Assembly: GCA_973895155.1 (NCBI GenBank)
Contig: OZ316893.1
Location: forward strand, 17,242,770 to 17,306,769
Source: Marsupella aquatica
Taxonomy: Eukaryota > Plantae > Marchantiophyta
Reading direction: 5' to 3'
DNA length: 64,000 nucleotides
Positions 24,304 to 38,928 of this stretch are shown here, in pieces; the stretch's first letter is position 1, and each line of letters begins with the position of its first letter. The position numbers and the translations under genes were made by a program. A model generated the notes under the pieces. That model had not been told where the DNA came from. It ran no database searches and saw only the letters and a program-made list of their open reading frames with translations.

Positions 24304-26690
24304 ATGGAAGGACTTGGAGTTGATGAACAATATTGTGTGGACTCTCTGACTGACACTCCCATGACTAGTGTTAACTCGTATTCCACATAATGAAGATAGC
24401 TATGCTAGCTTACAATCATCTCTACAGCATATGGGACTGTTATGACTACTGTATGTTCCCTGGAATATTGAGCTTGATTCTTACTTACAAGATTTTGTCA
24501 AAGGATCAACTATTTTCAGTGAGTTCCACCATTCCATTCAAGCTCGCCCAAGTCTCTGGACAATTGAGCAAGTTGCGTCTGCATTTCAGTGCTCGACAGA
24601 TGGCGAAGCTCTTTACTCCAAGAAGAAAGATTTATCTTCACCTTACTTCTCTGGAACTAGGAATCTTACAAACGGATGGAATTTATCTCAGTGTAGTTAT
24701 CCAGAGTTGAGAATTCTTTTAGAATTCTTAAACCCCATTTTCTATCCTAAGAAACCAACTCTCTGGTCTATAGCATTCACCAATACTGTGATAGCTTTGC
24801 ATAGTGGAGAAACAAAAGTCAACTGGGCCTTGCTGATAATCAATGTCATAAAAGGACAATTGAAAAGTCTGAAGGTAGGAAGACCCACTTGTTTGCAGAA
24901 TTATTTATCTCAGCTCTACTATGCCCATGACTGCTTACACCTTGAAGAGAGAACGGAGAGAGGGTTGCTCCTAATCGAACTAGGCATTGAAGAAGAGATT
25001 TTAATAGAAGAACCAAGATAGGTCATTCCACTGGATTCCAATGACCAAAATGTTGATGTGGACATTGATGTTAATATGGAGGATGTCTCATTAGGTGGTT
25101 CTGGACCTTCACTTGTACACAACTTGGAGGTCATCTGTCATCCAATGTATGACTTGCACTCTCCAAGGGAAACCAGTGGTGCAGATCAACTGGAAGCTGA
25201 AGGAGACAAGTTTTTCCCTGAGCAATAAGAAGTTGCTGAACCGACTATTGCTGCCATTCATGGGACCACCACGCCCACTTTTTTGAAAGTTGAGTCTAAT
25301 CAACAACTCATTGATAAATTAACCTCTCTTTTTGGTTGTAGTGATGCTGAACTCTATAATGTGGTTAGTGACTTGAGAATGGAGTCAGTTAGTCTGCAAT
25401 CACCTTTTCCAGATCAGTTGACTCCTATCAAAACAACTTCACTCATAGGAGGTTTGGAACCAGAAGAATTTATTGTTCTTACTCCTATCACACAACAGAA
25501 TCCCCCTATAGAACAGTGTGAACATGTCTCAGGGATAGGAAACATAAGTTGTGTTATAGTTGTAAACGACCTATTGGAAATGCTTCAATGTGAACCCAAG
25601 GAGATAGTCTATATTGTCAGTGACTTAATTCAGAAGTACCCAGTATCCAAGGGCCCTTACAATCAGGGTGCTTGCACTTATAGTCCAGATTCCAGTTATG
25701 AGCCAACAGATAGACCTATTTATACTCAACCACAGTATGAACATCTTTATGTTAGACAGGATCTCCCTAAAGACTCCGATCCACCCTTAGACGGTGAAAC
25801 TTATAGATCTTATGATAATTCTCTTGAGTCGTCACCAAGGCAAGGATTTGAAGATGTTGACGTTGCATTATGGTCGAATCCAAATCTAGTGGCAGTGGTT
25901 ACTTCTTCTACTCAAACTCCTAGAAATGCCACTATTGAGAGCAGGTACCCCAGACATCCTGAGTCACAAGGATGTCACCACTTGCAAAATAATGCAGGCC
26001 AACAGACCACCGGTTGGAGAATTCTGGAATTCTTTGACCTCAGGTGTCATAGTACTTCTAGAGTGGAGATGGCATAATTTGATGAATTTTGGACTGACTC
26101 TATCTACTTCCGGCCCATTCTTGCTGTGATGCTGCTACAAGGTGATGTGGAGGTGGAGGATCCTGATTTGGTCCTGGCATATTTTATAAACTTTGCAGCT
26201 CATGTTCTGGATTTTGTAATCTCTTTTCTTATGCAGAGTAAGAAATCCACTTCTCTTCAGAATGATTACATTCCTCAAAAGTCCAAGGTTGTACTCATTT
26301 TGACTAGTACCTTAGCTGACAAACAAAGGATATGGAATAATGTTACCTCTCAAACTCTTGTTGAATTCAACCAATACTTCAGGGATGTCATTTTGAGACT
26401 TCATCCTTTCTATTCTAGGATGATGAGAATTGAAGATTTCCTATTCCATTACCCTCAAGTATATGCTGCTACCTGCAATCACTATGATGTGATTGGGATC
26501 TACAGAGAAGCACTTCGTATAGACTTGTGTTAAGGAGAAGAATGTCTTTGATGTATCTGATAGGCAATTAAGATGCCTACCCTATTCTCGAGGATCATCA
26601 CAACAAAGTGAGCTTATGGAAATTACTCAATCTCGGACTATTACTCTCGTGGAGCTTCTCGAACCAGATGATATCCAACGACAAGCTTGA
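24304..26690 (+). pseudogene. Decayed accessory ORF inside solo LTR 1
   Basis: Fragments MEGLGVDEQYC, ILLEFLNPIFYPKKP..KVNWALL and KQRIWNNVTSQ are colinear with the ORF in unit 3 (MAGVDESSC, ILEFLVPIFHPTRP..EVNWGLL, KQRIWNNITSQ). Confidence 0.75.
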
Positions 26691-27942
26691 GGCAGAATCT
26701 GAGTGTTTTAGTTAGTTTTAAGAGTTGTGCATCTTTTCTGATTTTTTCTAAATGTGTTCTAGAGCTTTAAAAGCTATGAAACTTCTTCGGGAGGTAGTCT
26801 GTACCTAGGAAAACCTGCTGGCAAAATTTCAGAGTTTTCTATGCCAGGAGTAGAAAGTTAAAAATAGTTAAATTTGCTAAGTTCTTAAGTATATAGCAAT
26901 TATATGAGTTTACGAGTTACGAGTTAGTGACTTAGGACTATAAGACTTTACGGTTTTACGGGTTTACAAGTTCATACTTAGCCACTTTTCTGGATTTTCA
27001 CTTGCAGAATGGCCATTTTAACTTTTTGAGGGGTATGAAGCGGCATGTCTCTTCGACCCTGTGACCTCTCATTCTGTAGATTTTCACTATAAGACACCTC
27101 TACCACTAGTGTAGAGGAATGGTAAAGTTATGCATTTTTGCCTCTTCCTTGTGTTAAACCAATTGATCATGAATCTATGAGTTTGAGGTCAGGTTTAACA
27201 AATATGAGATACTTTTCTCCTTCTTGTGTTTGTACCTATGTTTATAAACACAGGAAGTAAAATTCATTTGTGCAAAATCTTTGGAGTTGTGATGATAGAT
27301 TCTTTTTAGGTGATTCATTGCAATCTCTTGAGTTCTTAGAATTAACTCATTGAGTTTAAGTCTTATTGAAATTGATGGATTTTCTTTCATGTTGCTTAGT
27401 AGCATCTAAATGTTGAAGTAGCTACCTTTTAGATCTTGTCTGAGTATCACTTAGAAAGAAAAGACAAGATGTGTTGACGGCACTTTAAAAGAGTACTCTA
27501 GTAAGCATTTTAGACCTGAAAAGCAATGTGAATTTGAATCTCATAAGTCTTTTCATTTTGACTAATGTTTAAGGAGTAACCTTGGTACATACCAGACTTC
27601 CTTAGCATAGTTTAAGACATTTTTCCATGTGTTTTGTTAATTATTTCCTTTTATTAATTTATGTTTACACAATGTTGAGTTATCATTGAAAACTACTCAC
27701 CGCTGTGGAGCGATCTTCAAAATACCTTAGTAAAGTAATCAAATTTGATTACTATGTGTGGGAAACATCTTAATTTCTTTATTATTGTTTAAAATTATCA
27801 AACCAACCCCATCTTGTTCTTTACGGGAACGAATACCGAGTTTGAAGACCTTTAAGTGTGTTTTTCCTTGAATGGATTTTTTATAAATTTCAATACTGTG
27901 AGAGCCCCACGGATAGGGAGGCCAAAGAAGCCATTAACAATC

Positions 27943-29712
27943 TGTAATACAGTACATTAGTTAGAAATGATAGAAAAATTATAAATTTTGAACTTTTTCT
28001 AAGTCAAAGGTGGAGTATAGCTACCTTTTGTAACCATTTAGATCGACTGGACACTTTACCTAATACCATGCTACACCGAAGACTACTTCCTGTTCTGGAT
28101 CTTGAACGACAGCGGAAGTCTTTACCTTTCTATCGGCATCACACTCAAGACATGGATAAAATTCAAGAAGCTATGCAAGAGAATACCTACACAAGAGTTC
28201 AGCAACCAGACTAGACAGCACTACTCCAACAAGATTAGTTCTCCTACGACAATAGTTAAGATCAGTCGATCTCTGCAATTTTAGTTAAATAGTTATCATA
28301 GTTAGAAAAGTCTCATACTTTTTCAGGAGATAGCCCTTACATAGTAGACCATACCCTAAAAATATAAGCCAAAACCGACATGTCGTTTAGGAGATATGGC
28401 ATTTTTAGTTTTACATAAGCGTGAGTGCGCAAAGGCGCTACTATGCCAAAGCGCAAAGGCGCAACAGTGCTTCTGACACTTGGAAAAGTTTCCGAAAAAA
28501 TGTATTTTTTTTATCCGACAACACTTTTCACCTATTTTATTAAGGCACTTAGACACCTCAGAAAAGTCTAAAATTTTGCCAACATGTAGCATGTATATAA
28601 ATCTTCCACCTAGGAAAGTTTTACCCTATTCTGACCTTTATGTTAGAAATTAAAATTAAGACAAAGTTGATATTTGTTAGTTTTACCACAAAAGTGCAAA
28701 AAACATTTTTACTCCAGTTTACACTAGGGATAACTTTTGGTTAGTTTTTCATTCCAACAACATTCTACTCAACCATGAGTACTCTTATAGCATATTTTCA
28801 TACTTTTTACTTTAGTCTATGACCCTTAAGATATGAAAGGGCATGTCCTTTCATTATCTCTTTTTCCTTTAGTTCCTGCCACCCTATATGTAGTAGAATT
28901 TATGCCACTTTATGTGTGAAGAAATTTCATGAGCGCTCAGTTGCAAGATTGCAACTTTGTTACCTCCATTTGTAACAAGCACTCCATTGCATATGAGTAC
29001 TTAATACAAAGGAATTCTTCCCCCTTCAAGTCTAAATGAATGAGAAGTTTGGACCCTTGAAGTAAAATTATTGTGATTGTTGAATTTTTTGAGTATGTGG
29101 AAATAGATTCCTTGTTGGTGATGTTTCACATATTCCTTAGTTCTTGATGCATAGTTTTTGGCGTGACATTGCTTGTGCACGGGATGCAAAGATTGTTACT
29201 TACCAATTACTTATGGCTTCAAATTTGATCATGATGGTGTCTCTTATTTGTGACACAAAGTATCGATTGGATACAGAAGTGATTGATTACTAGTCTCCAC
29301 TCAGTACCTTGGAAGGAAAAGTTGAGACATATTGACGGCATTTTAGTAATCATCCTAGTACCGTAATCCTTTCCATAAATGTTCTTGCGGATATACCACC
29401 TAAATCATATCAAATGAAGTTATGTTGAGGAGTCACCTTGGTTGTTTCCTAACTCCCTCACCATACCTCAAGGTTTTCATTGTGTTTTATTAATTGTTTC
29501 CATTTGTTAATTTTATTTTCAATGTCAAGCAGACATTTAAAACTATGCCTTGCTGAGCAACCATAGTAAAAGGCTCAACTTTGTGTTTTTGTTACCTTAT
29601 TCATTCATAAGTGCTAAATCATAGAAAATCATTCCTTACATGTTCTTCCATGGGAACGAATACCGAGTTTTGGATCTTAAATGTTTATTTATGTCCCTAG
29701 TGTGATACTACA
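27943..29712 (+). mobile_element. Solo-LTR-like unit 2 (1770 bp), internally deleted relative of unit 3
   Basis: TGTAATAC...GATACTACA, TSD CAATC (27938-27942 and 29713-29717); keeps only the last ~55 codons of the ORF (MLHRRLLPVLDLERQRKSLPFY). Confidence 0.85.
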
Positions 29713-29835
29713 CAATCAGTGAAAACACAAACAGAAACCCTACCAAAAGGGAAACAACAACAAAGAACATAACACAGACCCTAGCCGAGCCGGGGCCCAG
29801 CACCAATCCCCCCACAGCAAAGGCCAACAGGGGCC

Positions 29836-31290
29836 TCACTCAGCCCAAGAGATGAAACACCTTTGACCAGAACAAAGCCACTGTCTATGGTGCTCATCAA
29901 GCCACCCTTTGGCCTGTAAGATCCTAGCATGTTTCCTACCCTGCAGAAAATGCCGGCTCACCACAAACATATGATCAGCAGCCTCTGAGAGAACCAATCC
30001 AAAGTCAAATGTGCGTCTGCCCCCCGGCTGAAACATGTGCACATTGCGTGCCCTCCAAACCATCCACAGCATCTGGTACAACATAAAGATCTTCACTGTG
30101 TGAACAACATCCTTTCCCAATGAGTCATCCAACAGAGTCATCAGATCCTCACCTAGAGGCAAACAAAGACCCCCCAGCACCACCCGATAAAGCTGCCATC
30201 ATCTAATAGCAAACCCACATCTAATGAACAAGTGCGACAATGACTCCAGCAGCCCACTGCAACACTTACAATCCCCAGTGCTTGCTTTGATCCTGAGCGC
30301 CCGGCCGCTCACCAGTAAACAGACCACCAACAATCACCCTCCATATGAACGTCTTAGCGCAAACTGAAAGATCCGATCCCCACAGCCTGTGCCATCTCTG
30401 ACTCCATTCCAATGCAGACCACGCCCGAGACCAGCTGAAGTTCAATCTCTCAAAGACAAGCACCTTTGGTTGCAGGAAATTGTACACCCTACAATTAGCG
30501 ATGCTGAAATCCTTCAGGGGATCAGCCTTATCTGCCCATCTCCACCTCTTGGCCTCTGGTTCAAAGTCGAGTGAGCAAGATCCAATGCCCCAGATTTTCT
30601 CCAGAAAAGCCTTTGTCAATCCTCTAAGCACCTCAGAGAACCCCCGTAAGTTATTCCAACATAAAGGGAGGTCTTTCCAACAGTCTCCTTCCGAGCACCA
30701 ACCGTCCCTGATACTCCTGATGCCTAATCTGCCACAGATTGCCGTAATTCCTAATATCTCTGAATTCGGCAACGAATTATATCCTGCAATACACCGGAGG
30801 GTGTCTTGGATGCTCCAACAACCAAGAATTCCCCCTGCCCTGGTTCAAAGGAGAGGTGAGCCCTCACCATCTCCCAAGCCTTCCAAAGGCCAACAGTGTA
30901 CGAAAGCCCGCCCCCAGTGCGTGGGGAACACAACAGTAGCTTGTCCTTGAATGAGAATTGGTTTTTGCGCAGTACTTTGTAATTCATCCAACCCATTAAG
31001 GAGAGATTCGCTTCAAGCATTCTAGCCCACTCCTGATTTGGGGCATTCAGAGCCTTCGTGAACCACTATGAAAGCAAGGCATCTGAGTGGCTCTTGAAAT
31101 CTTTGAATCTCAGACCACCTTCCACCTTAGGCAGAGACATCTTGGCCCATGCAACGAGGGGGATTTTCTTCCCTCCCGAAGGATTATATCCCCACAGAAA
31201 GTCCCGGCTGAGGGCAACCAACTTCTTAGCCAAAGCAGCCAAAGCTTTGAAGTGCATAACATCATAAATGGGGATTGTCTGCAGCACATG
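29836..31290 (-). pseudogene. LINE ORF2 C-terminal part (post-RT region, zf-RVT)
   Basis: RDFLWG..VAWAKMSLPKVEGGL, WHRLWGSDLSVCAKTFIWRV, LWMVWRARN; several frameshifts. Confidence 0.85.
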
Positions 31291-32762
31291 TGTAGTATCA
31301 CACTAGGGACATAAATAAACATTTAAGATCCAAAACTCGGTATTCATTCCCATGGAAGAACATATAAGGAATGATTTTCTATGATTTAGCACTTTTGAAT
31401 GACTTAAGTAACAAAACACAAAGGTGAGCCTTTTACTATGGTTGCTCAGCAAGGCATAGTTTTGAATGTTTGCTTAACATTGTAAATAAAATAACACAAT
31501 GGAAACAATTAACAAAACACAATAAAATCTTGAGGTATGGTGAGGAAGTATGGAAAATACCAAGGTAACTTCTCAACATAACTTAATTTGAGATGATTTA
31601 AGGTATTGAACTTGTAAGAACATTTTTGGAATGGAATACTTTATTGGGATGGTTGTTAGGGTGCTGTCTACACATCTCAACCTTTCCTTCCAAGGTACTA
31701 AGTTAAGATTAACAACCAATCACTTCAGCATCCAATCGGTACTTTGTGTCACAAATATCAAGCACCATCATCAACAACTTAAAGTCACAGGTAATTGGGT
31801 GATAACATTCTTTGCACCTTGTGCACAAGCAATGTTATGCCAAAAATATATGCATCAAGAACTCAAGAATGTATAGCCTTCACCAATTAAGGAATCTATC
31901 TCCACACATTCAAAAGATTCATCAATCACAAAGTTTTACTTCTCTGGTCTGAAATCTCAATCATTCAAACACAAGGAAGGGGAAGAAATTATTTGTATTA
32001 AGTACTCATCAACAACATAGAGTGCTTGCTACAAATGGAGGTAACAAAGTTGTAGACTTGCAACTGAGCGCTCATGAAATTTCTTCACACAAGAAATGAC
32101 ATGAGAACTACTACTTATATGCTAGGAGGAACTAAAAGGAAAAGAGATAATGAAAGGACATGCCCTTTCTTATCTCAAGGGTCATGGATAAAAGTAAAGT
32201 AATAAAATTGTACTACATAAGTACCTAAGTTTCAGTGGAATCTTCCTGGAATGAAAAGCTAACTAAAAGATATTTCAGGTGTTAACTATTGTAAAAGTAG
32301 AATTATGGTAAAACTAATGAACATGGGTTTTGTCCAAATTTTAGTTTCTAAACTAAAAATCATAAAAAGGTGAGACTTTGCTGAAGTGTTCTCTGATGTA
32401 TATTCTTTATGCTGGCAAAATATGAGACTTTTTTGAGGTGCCTAAGTGCCTCAATAAAATAGGTAAAAGTGTTAAAAAGATTACAGAAAACAAAAACCGA
32501 AAAATTTTCTAAGTGCTGGGCGCATGCGCGTATAGGCTCATAGGCGCATAAGCCCATTAGCGCTTTCGCGTCTAAGCAAAAAACAACAAAACTAAAATAT
32601 TTTTTAACTTTCAAACCACAAGTCGGTTTGAGTTGAGATTTTCAGGGTAGGTTCTACTACGTAAGGGCTATCTCCTGGAAAAGTATGGGACTTTTTTGAC
32701 TACTTTAAGTATGTAACTAAAATTGCGTAGATCTATATAACTTAACTATGGTCGCAAGAGAG

Positions 32763-34208
32763 CTAATCTTGTTGGAGTAGTGCCGTCGGATCTGGTTGTT
32801 GAGCTCTGGTGTAGGTGTTGGTCTGCATAGCTTCTTGAATAGCATCCATATCTTGAGTGTGATGCCAATAGAAAGGTAGAGACTTCCGCTGTCGTTCAAG
32901 ATCAAGTACAGGAAGTAGCCTCCGATGTAGCATGGTATTTACCTTGCTAGCTTGCATGTAAATACCAATGAAGTCGTAAGTGCAGCAGGTAGCATGGTAG
33001 TTTTGAGGAAACTTGGCCATGAATATCTCAGAGTCTTTGGCAAGTGGTAGAAATGAAGTAACTCTAGGTAGGAGTTCACGCCACTTCAGAGTATACTCTG
33101 TTAATCGTTGAGAAGTAATGTTATTCCAGATCCTCTGCTTCTCAGTGACTGGAGTAACAAATTGTTGGAGGACAACGGGTTGGACTGGAGAAGCTTCATG
33201 ATTCATCTGAAATCTCCTCTTGGTTTGTCTTAAGAAGACAATGATGAACTCCATGACATAAGCAGGTAGATTCCCGAAATAAGCTAGAGCTAGATCTCCA
33301 TTCTCCAATACAAGGTGTCCAACGAGGATCATGACAGCAAGTACAGGGCAAAAAGACTCAGCTTCTGTCCAGATCTCATCCATTTGTGCTATCTCCAAGC
33401 GAGTGACCTCTAGCAGATGAAGTTTCAAGATATAAAGGCATTCAACTCTCTTCTTATGGTAATATTTCCAAAACTCCAAAATAGGAGGGGATCTAAGGTC
33501 TGAGACTCTAACAAACTCAGCAAACTGTTTAATACTTTCCTGAGGGGTTTTTGGATCAATATGCAGAGTAGGGATAAAATTGACTTGGCATGATTTGTCT
33601 TGATTGGGTGGAAGAGTGTCAGGGAAAGAAATGGCAAGATGTGCACCTGCAGGAGTGATCTCAAGTTCTGGAAAACTAGGGAAAAGTTGGTTTGGTTGGT
33701 TTGAAGGACTATAAGGAGAAGTAGGTGAATGGCTAGAAGGAGAACTAGAATAAGAAATGGGAGAGACTGATGCTGAGATATGATAGCGAACTGCAGAATA
33801 AACTTGCTTGGTGTTGCAGCCGAACATCTGAGTGAATCTGTGGACGAGATCTTCACAGTATTCCAAGTGCTGATCGTGGCTTGAAATACATGATAATCTA
33901 TACATAACCTCATCTAATACTTCGATCAAATGACCAGGATCACACTCCAACATCTTGCAAATCTCACCTACAAGATTAAAGTAGTACTCAGCTGAATGTC
34001 GGGGTGAAGTATTCACAATTTGTTGAAGATCTGTTCTCTGTGGTGGTAATCTCTCATCCATTGGGGATCCCATGATAGGTCGGGATTCTCAATGTCTGTC
34101 AGAGAAAGGTGATGTGTAGTCCTAGGGGCTTCTGATTGTCCTTCGGTGAATGGATGTTTTGATTGGATAGGACTCTGGGTGGGTGAATAAATGGAAGTGG
34201 GATTGTAT
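32763..34208 (-). pseudogene. Accessory ORF of solo LTR 3, C-terminal part (436 aa open)
   Basis: Homologous to fragments in units 1 and 2; its N-terminal part lies at 52441-53474 across the CACTA. Confidence 0.75.
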
Positions 34209-34229
34209 GGACACTAGAAGAATCCGAGG

Positions 34230-34570
34230 TGAACTGAGACCGCAATATGTGACTCATTTTGGCTCATGTGACTTCATTGTGACTCAACGTGACTTGACCC
34301 ACGCTGTGACCCTTGGAGTTGCAAAAGTTGAGACCAAAAAAGGGAAGTCACTATTGATACTGGGCTTTGCAACTTGCCTGATACCCATTTGTGACTGATC
34401 TGTGACTTTATTGTGGAGTCTAGCCTTGTTTCTACGTGACTGCAATATGACTTCAGCGAGTCACATCGAAAGTCACATACATGACTTACTCGCATTCAAC
34501 AACGACTACCTTGTGACCATTTAGTGTCACAGGAGAGACCAATGGAGACCCTGGCCCGCGTCACACAACA
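34230..34570. repeat. CACTA left subterminal repeats (GTGAC/GTCAC motifs, presumed TnpA sites)
   Basis: Many copies of gtgac/gtcac in both orientations next to the TIR. Confidence 0.7.
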
Positions 34571-35066
34571 GAACCATTTGGGACTCTATATACTCATGTT
34601 TATAACTAATAAGGTTCACATGCAAGTTATAACCATGACTAATGAACACAGAGGGACAGTTCATAAGGAGAGAGAGCACTCCACATTACAATACATAGAA
34701 ACCTGATGTTCTAACTTTAGAAATATAACACATTGAATACAAGAAATGAACATAGCATGAATGACATCCACATGAAATAAAATATCATATAAGCAGATCC
34801 TACATAAAACATTCATAAGAATTAAACACAATCACAATCTTGCTAAAAAATGAAGATCATTTGAATTCCAATGGAATAGTTTACAATGTGATCAATGTAA
34901 TTCAGACAAAACAGGAACTCATAATTGATGACTGCAGGATGAGATAACTGAAAGCACATGCATGATACTATGAATCTCCAAGAGGACATGATTCTTGTAC
35001 TGCTTTTTGACATCTAAAATCTACATAACATGACTCACACTACAAACAAATAATGACATGACATTG

Positions 35067-38000
35067 TTATGGATCCTCTATGAACTTGCTTGGCCATAAT
35101 ACCAAAGAACCTGCAGCATCTCCAAGTGTCTTTTGAGGAGGATCATCATTTGTGTTTGGAATGGGAAGGACAGCTTTAGTTTCACTAGTAATGTGACTTA
35201 CACTACTGAATAACCTGGGGGAATCCTCTTGCCATGGAACGTTGTGGAACCAACCTGCACTCTGCCAAATCCTACTCGTGTTCCACTCTCATCAACAGCT
35301 AACAAGCCACTTTGTCCCTCAGCATTAGGTGCTTTCCCCACTTCCACCTTAGATCTTTCTGCCAGCACCGTTCTTGGAGGTTTGTATGAAACCTTTGACG
35401 TGGCTTTGCTCCCACCAACAGACTTGCTTCGTGTGCGCATGCTTCCTCTCTTCACAGTAGTGAAGCTAGGCTCAGTAGGTTCCTCTGTTAGGACTGTCAC
35501 AGTAGCAGGTTCATCACCTGGGAGTGTCATACCAACTAACTCTTTGGTTGGATTTATCTCAACAAGAGGCACACCTGTCATTGAGAATGATACATTCTGC
35601 AAATCATTTATCTCTGCAATGGAGTCAAGATCTACATAGCATGAATCTGGCTCAATGGTATCATTGTCATGCTTGCTGATATCCTCATTTGCCCCAACAT
35701 TGATATCATCCACTCCCTTGCCAATGTCATCCTCATCCAAACATGGTTGACTGCCCTCTGTCAAACAAGTTGCTTGTACAGACTGCAACTTTGTTGCCTC
35801 TAAATTACAGCGAGTATTTGCCAGGTTCTCATACTTCTTCTCTGTAACACCTGTCTTATTCTCTATGGACACAACAACCACAATATATGTTACTGAAAAT
35901 AACACATTCAACAAACAATGTCAATTCAAACTATACATTTAATAATCATATCCCACACAGTTGTAAAGGCCTTACCTTCAAGCCTACATGTCGTTGGCAT
36001 GCCAGAAGAGTGCATCGACTTTGCCACCTCAAGTGGTGATGGTGGAACTCCTGCAAAATTGGAATCAATTTTATCTCTCACCGACACAACAGCTTCCATT
36101 AATGTCTTGAAGTTCACATGGAACAAGTCAGTCAATGAATTCAAACGTTCATTGATCTCTGGAAGACATGTTTCGACAGCCTTCAAACGACCACTTATCT
36201 CTGTAAGTGAAGATCCACCTCCCTACATGACACAGGGGTATAGGTTCAATCACTCCATATGAAATGTTGGGCAATATACACACAATCAATGTTATATACA
36301 GTGTACACCTGAAATTCAACGCAGGTCATTCAATTACCAATCAGAACTCATATAACTTACATGCTTGGAGGATTCAGATGCACCCTCTTGAGCTTGGGTG
36401 TTCACAATTTCAGCCCTCAACTCTTCTTTTGAAGGGCTTTGCCCCAATTGGGCTTTCTGCACATGCATGGCAAACACAAGTTATCGATCAATATTCAGGG
36501 AACATACACTAAAAAACAAAGTTTACATGTATGGGTTTACACTAAAAAACAGTACATAGTGTAGCATAAATTACATAGCTAGGCCATTCATTCTTACCAA
36601 ACGTTTAGCTGTCGGTGCAGTGCCGGTCCTTCTTGTCAGATTAGGGTTCTGAACACTCAACCTGGCCTCGGTCATCTGTGAACTCTTCTTTTTTGAAGCA
36701 TCTGTTACAAAATAAGCTACCAACCTTGCCCACACTTTATCATCACAACTGGCTGGTGGAAGCATATCTGGCTTCTCCCCACCTTCCTTCCAAGCCTTAT
36801 GCATTCTCCACCTCTCTTGCTTGATGATTTTACCTGCTGTACTCTCTAGGCAACCTATGTCCATGCCATCATCACTGCCCACATAATTCCATTTGGCAGC
36901 AACATTTTCACATACAGTCTTCCAATCTTTTGGATGCTGTTTTTTAAAATTAATAACACTCACATCTAACCAATGCAATACTTCAGCTTTCAAATCAGCA
37001 TGCCATCGGTTCTTGCGAGGATACTCAGCATCCACCCATTGTCTCTCATTCAACTTTACGTTCCCTTTCTTTGTCACCTCCCCTCGTGCACTACTCTCGG
37101 TAGTACTGGGCGTTGTATTGGCCACCCCTTCATTCACCCTACCTGGGGTTCTGAAGCCACCTGGGAAAATACAATGCCATTCATGCTTGAGAACTACATA
37201 CAGCAGAATGGATGACGGCAACATTCAATGCTTCACTTCAAGAAAAATTCTTCAAACATACATACCTGTAGCTTTGCTTGTAGATGCCTGTGCAGGGACT
37301 ACACTCTGAAATTGTTGCGACCCTGGACCACCTGTCCAGCCTAGTACAGGGGCCGGATGATGTCACTTTCTAGGTATGTGTGTGCAAACATATGTACTGA
37401 AAACTAAGTACAAACTGTAGGAAAACAACTGAACATTCACCGACATACCTGTCCCCCTTCCGTGCTGCATCTGCATAGGGGCATTAGTGAATACTTGAGT
37501 CGATGGTTCGACTGTCCAACCTGCACACATACATTTTCTATCATTATACATGTGCAGAATCCCCCCCACGTGAATGGACTCCAGATATAATGAGTTCTTC
37601 CATTGCTGACAAGATCAGACATTACCTGCCCCTCTTCCAGCGTTTGTAGGTACTATATTTTGATATCCTTGCCAATTACCTTCACCACCTTCCCAACCTT
37701 GTTCATTCCACGACCCACCACCATCCTCCCAACCTGGTTCAACCCATGTCTGTCCTTGTGGACATTGGAACTGATCATTACTAGCATTTGCCCAATCAGG
37801 TTGGGCAGAATCTGCATGCAATGGTAGGTGGACAGAATTTCATGTTGTCTGAATCCAATACATCCCAAACAATGTCAAAAATTGATATGCAGTCTGAAAT
37901 TCAGGAGTGCCATGCCTTCACAAAGAACTGGCATATAGATATATACTCACATCCCCATGGTTGAGGTGGACGTCCAAACCCACGAGACTGTGGGTTTGGA

Positions 38001-38850
38001 CCTGCTCTGCCTCTACCACGGGCATAACCTAGAGCTTGCCCCCTGCCATAGTATTGGGCACCAGCCTGGGATCTACCACTACTACCACCTCGCCAACCTT
38101 GATTAGAGGTCAGCCCCCCCTGCTGGTATGGTGCATGCACAGGCTTTGAAGGCAAAACAGAATTGGCAGGACGCTGCATCACATCACCAACTACAATGTC
38201 AGGAACTAAGCAAGGTACATATGTGTAGTACTGAACATATGAAACCTCCAAATAAGAGTTTTTAACTCAATACCTTGTTGGGAAAACTACTTACCTGTTT
38301 CTTTTGGGGCTGCTCTGCAATGTATTCATCTTCATAACCCCCATCCTCATCCATTTCCTCTGGAAAATACTCATCATCTGCATCTTCTTGTCTAGTGTCT
38401 GCACCCACCTGTGCAGCATCCATGTCATCTCTACATTCTGCCATTGTAGGTACCACCTTCTTGCTCAACCTGTCACTCCGACGCACAGGCCCAGAGATAG
38501 TGTTGGTCACCCTTCTTGTGTACTCCTTTTGTTTCTTTGAAAATGCTGTGGCTCTGCGACATTCCAATATGAGAATACAGTCACAATTTCAGTGCGACAT
38601 TGAACTATTCATGTCACACAAACTCAACGGAGGGGTGTAGTTGAGAATTGTTCCCTTACAATTCAGCCACATCCTTTTCCAGATCCAGTTCTGCGATTTT
38701 GGCTTTCACGTATGCTCGTTGTTCCATAGCTTTCCTTTCATACTCACACATCTCTGTGTCACTCTGTTCCATCCTATTGGACCACAAAAACATGTCATCT
38801 ATGGTCACCCCATATAACACAATGCAACCACAATGACCAGGCATCCATCC
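35067..38850 (-). pseudogene. TnpA-like multi-exon gene (PTTA/Transposase_24-like region and C-terminal Tnp1/En/Spm-like domain); exon borders approximate
   Basis: VWARLVAYFVTDASKKKSSQMTEARL (36571-37224); FHGKRIPPGYSVV, then after a frameshift LPIPNTNDDPPQKTLGDAAGSLVLWP; short GT-AG introns. Confidence 0.72.
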
Positions 38851-38928
38851 ATACATCTGTGTTGCTTCAGAATTACTTTATTACACATCCTTCCCCTCAC
38901 TAATGTCCATGCAAACAATTCACATTAC

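Noticed and set aside
29690-29712. Helitron 3' end (CTAG) for units 2 and 3
   Set aside because: The units continue past CTAG to ACTACA and have 5-bp TSDs, which Helitrons do not make.
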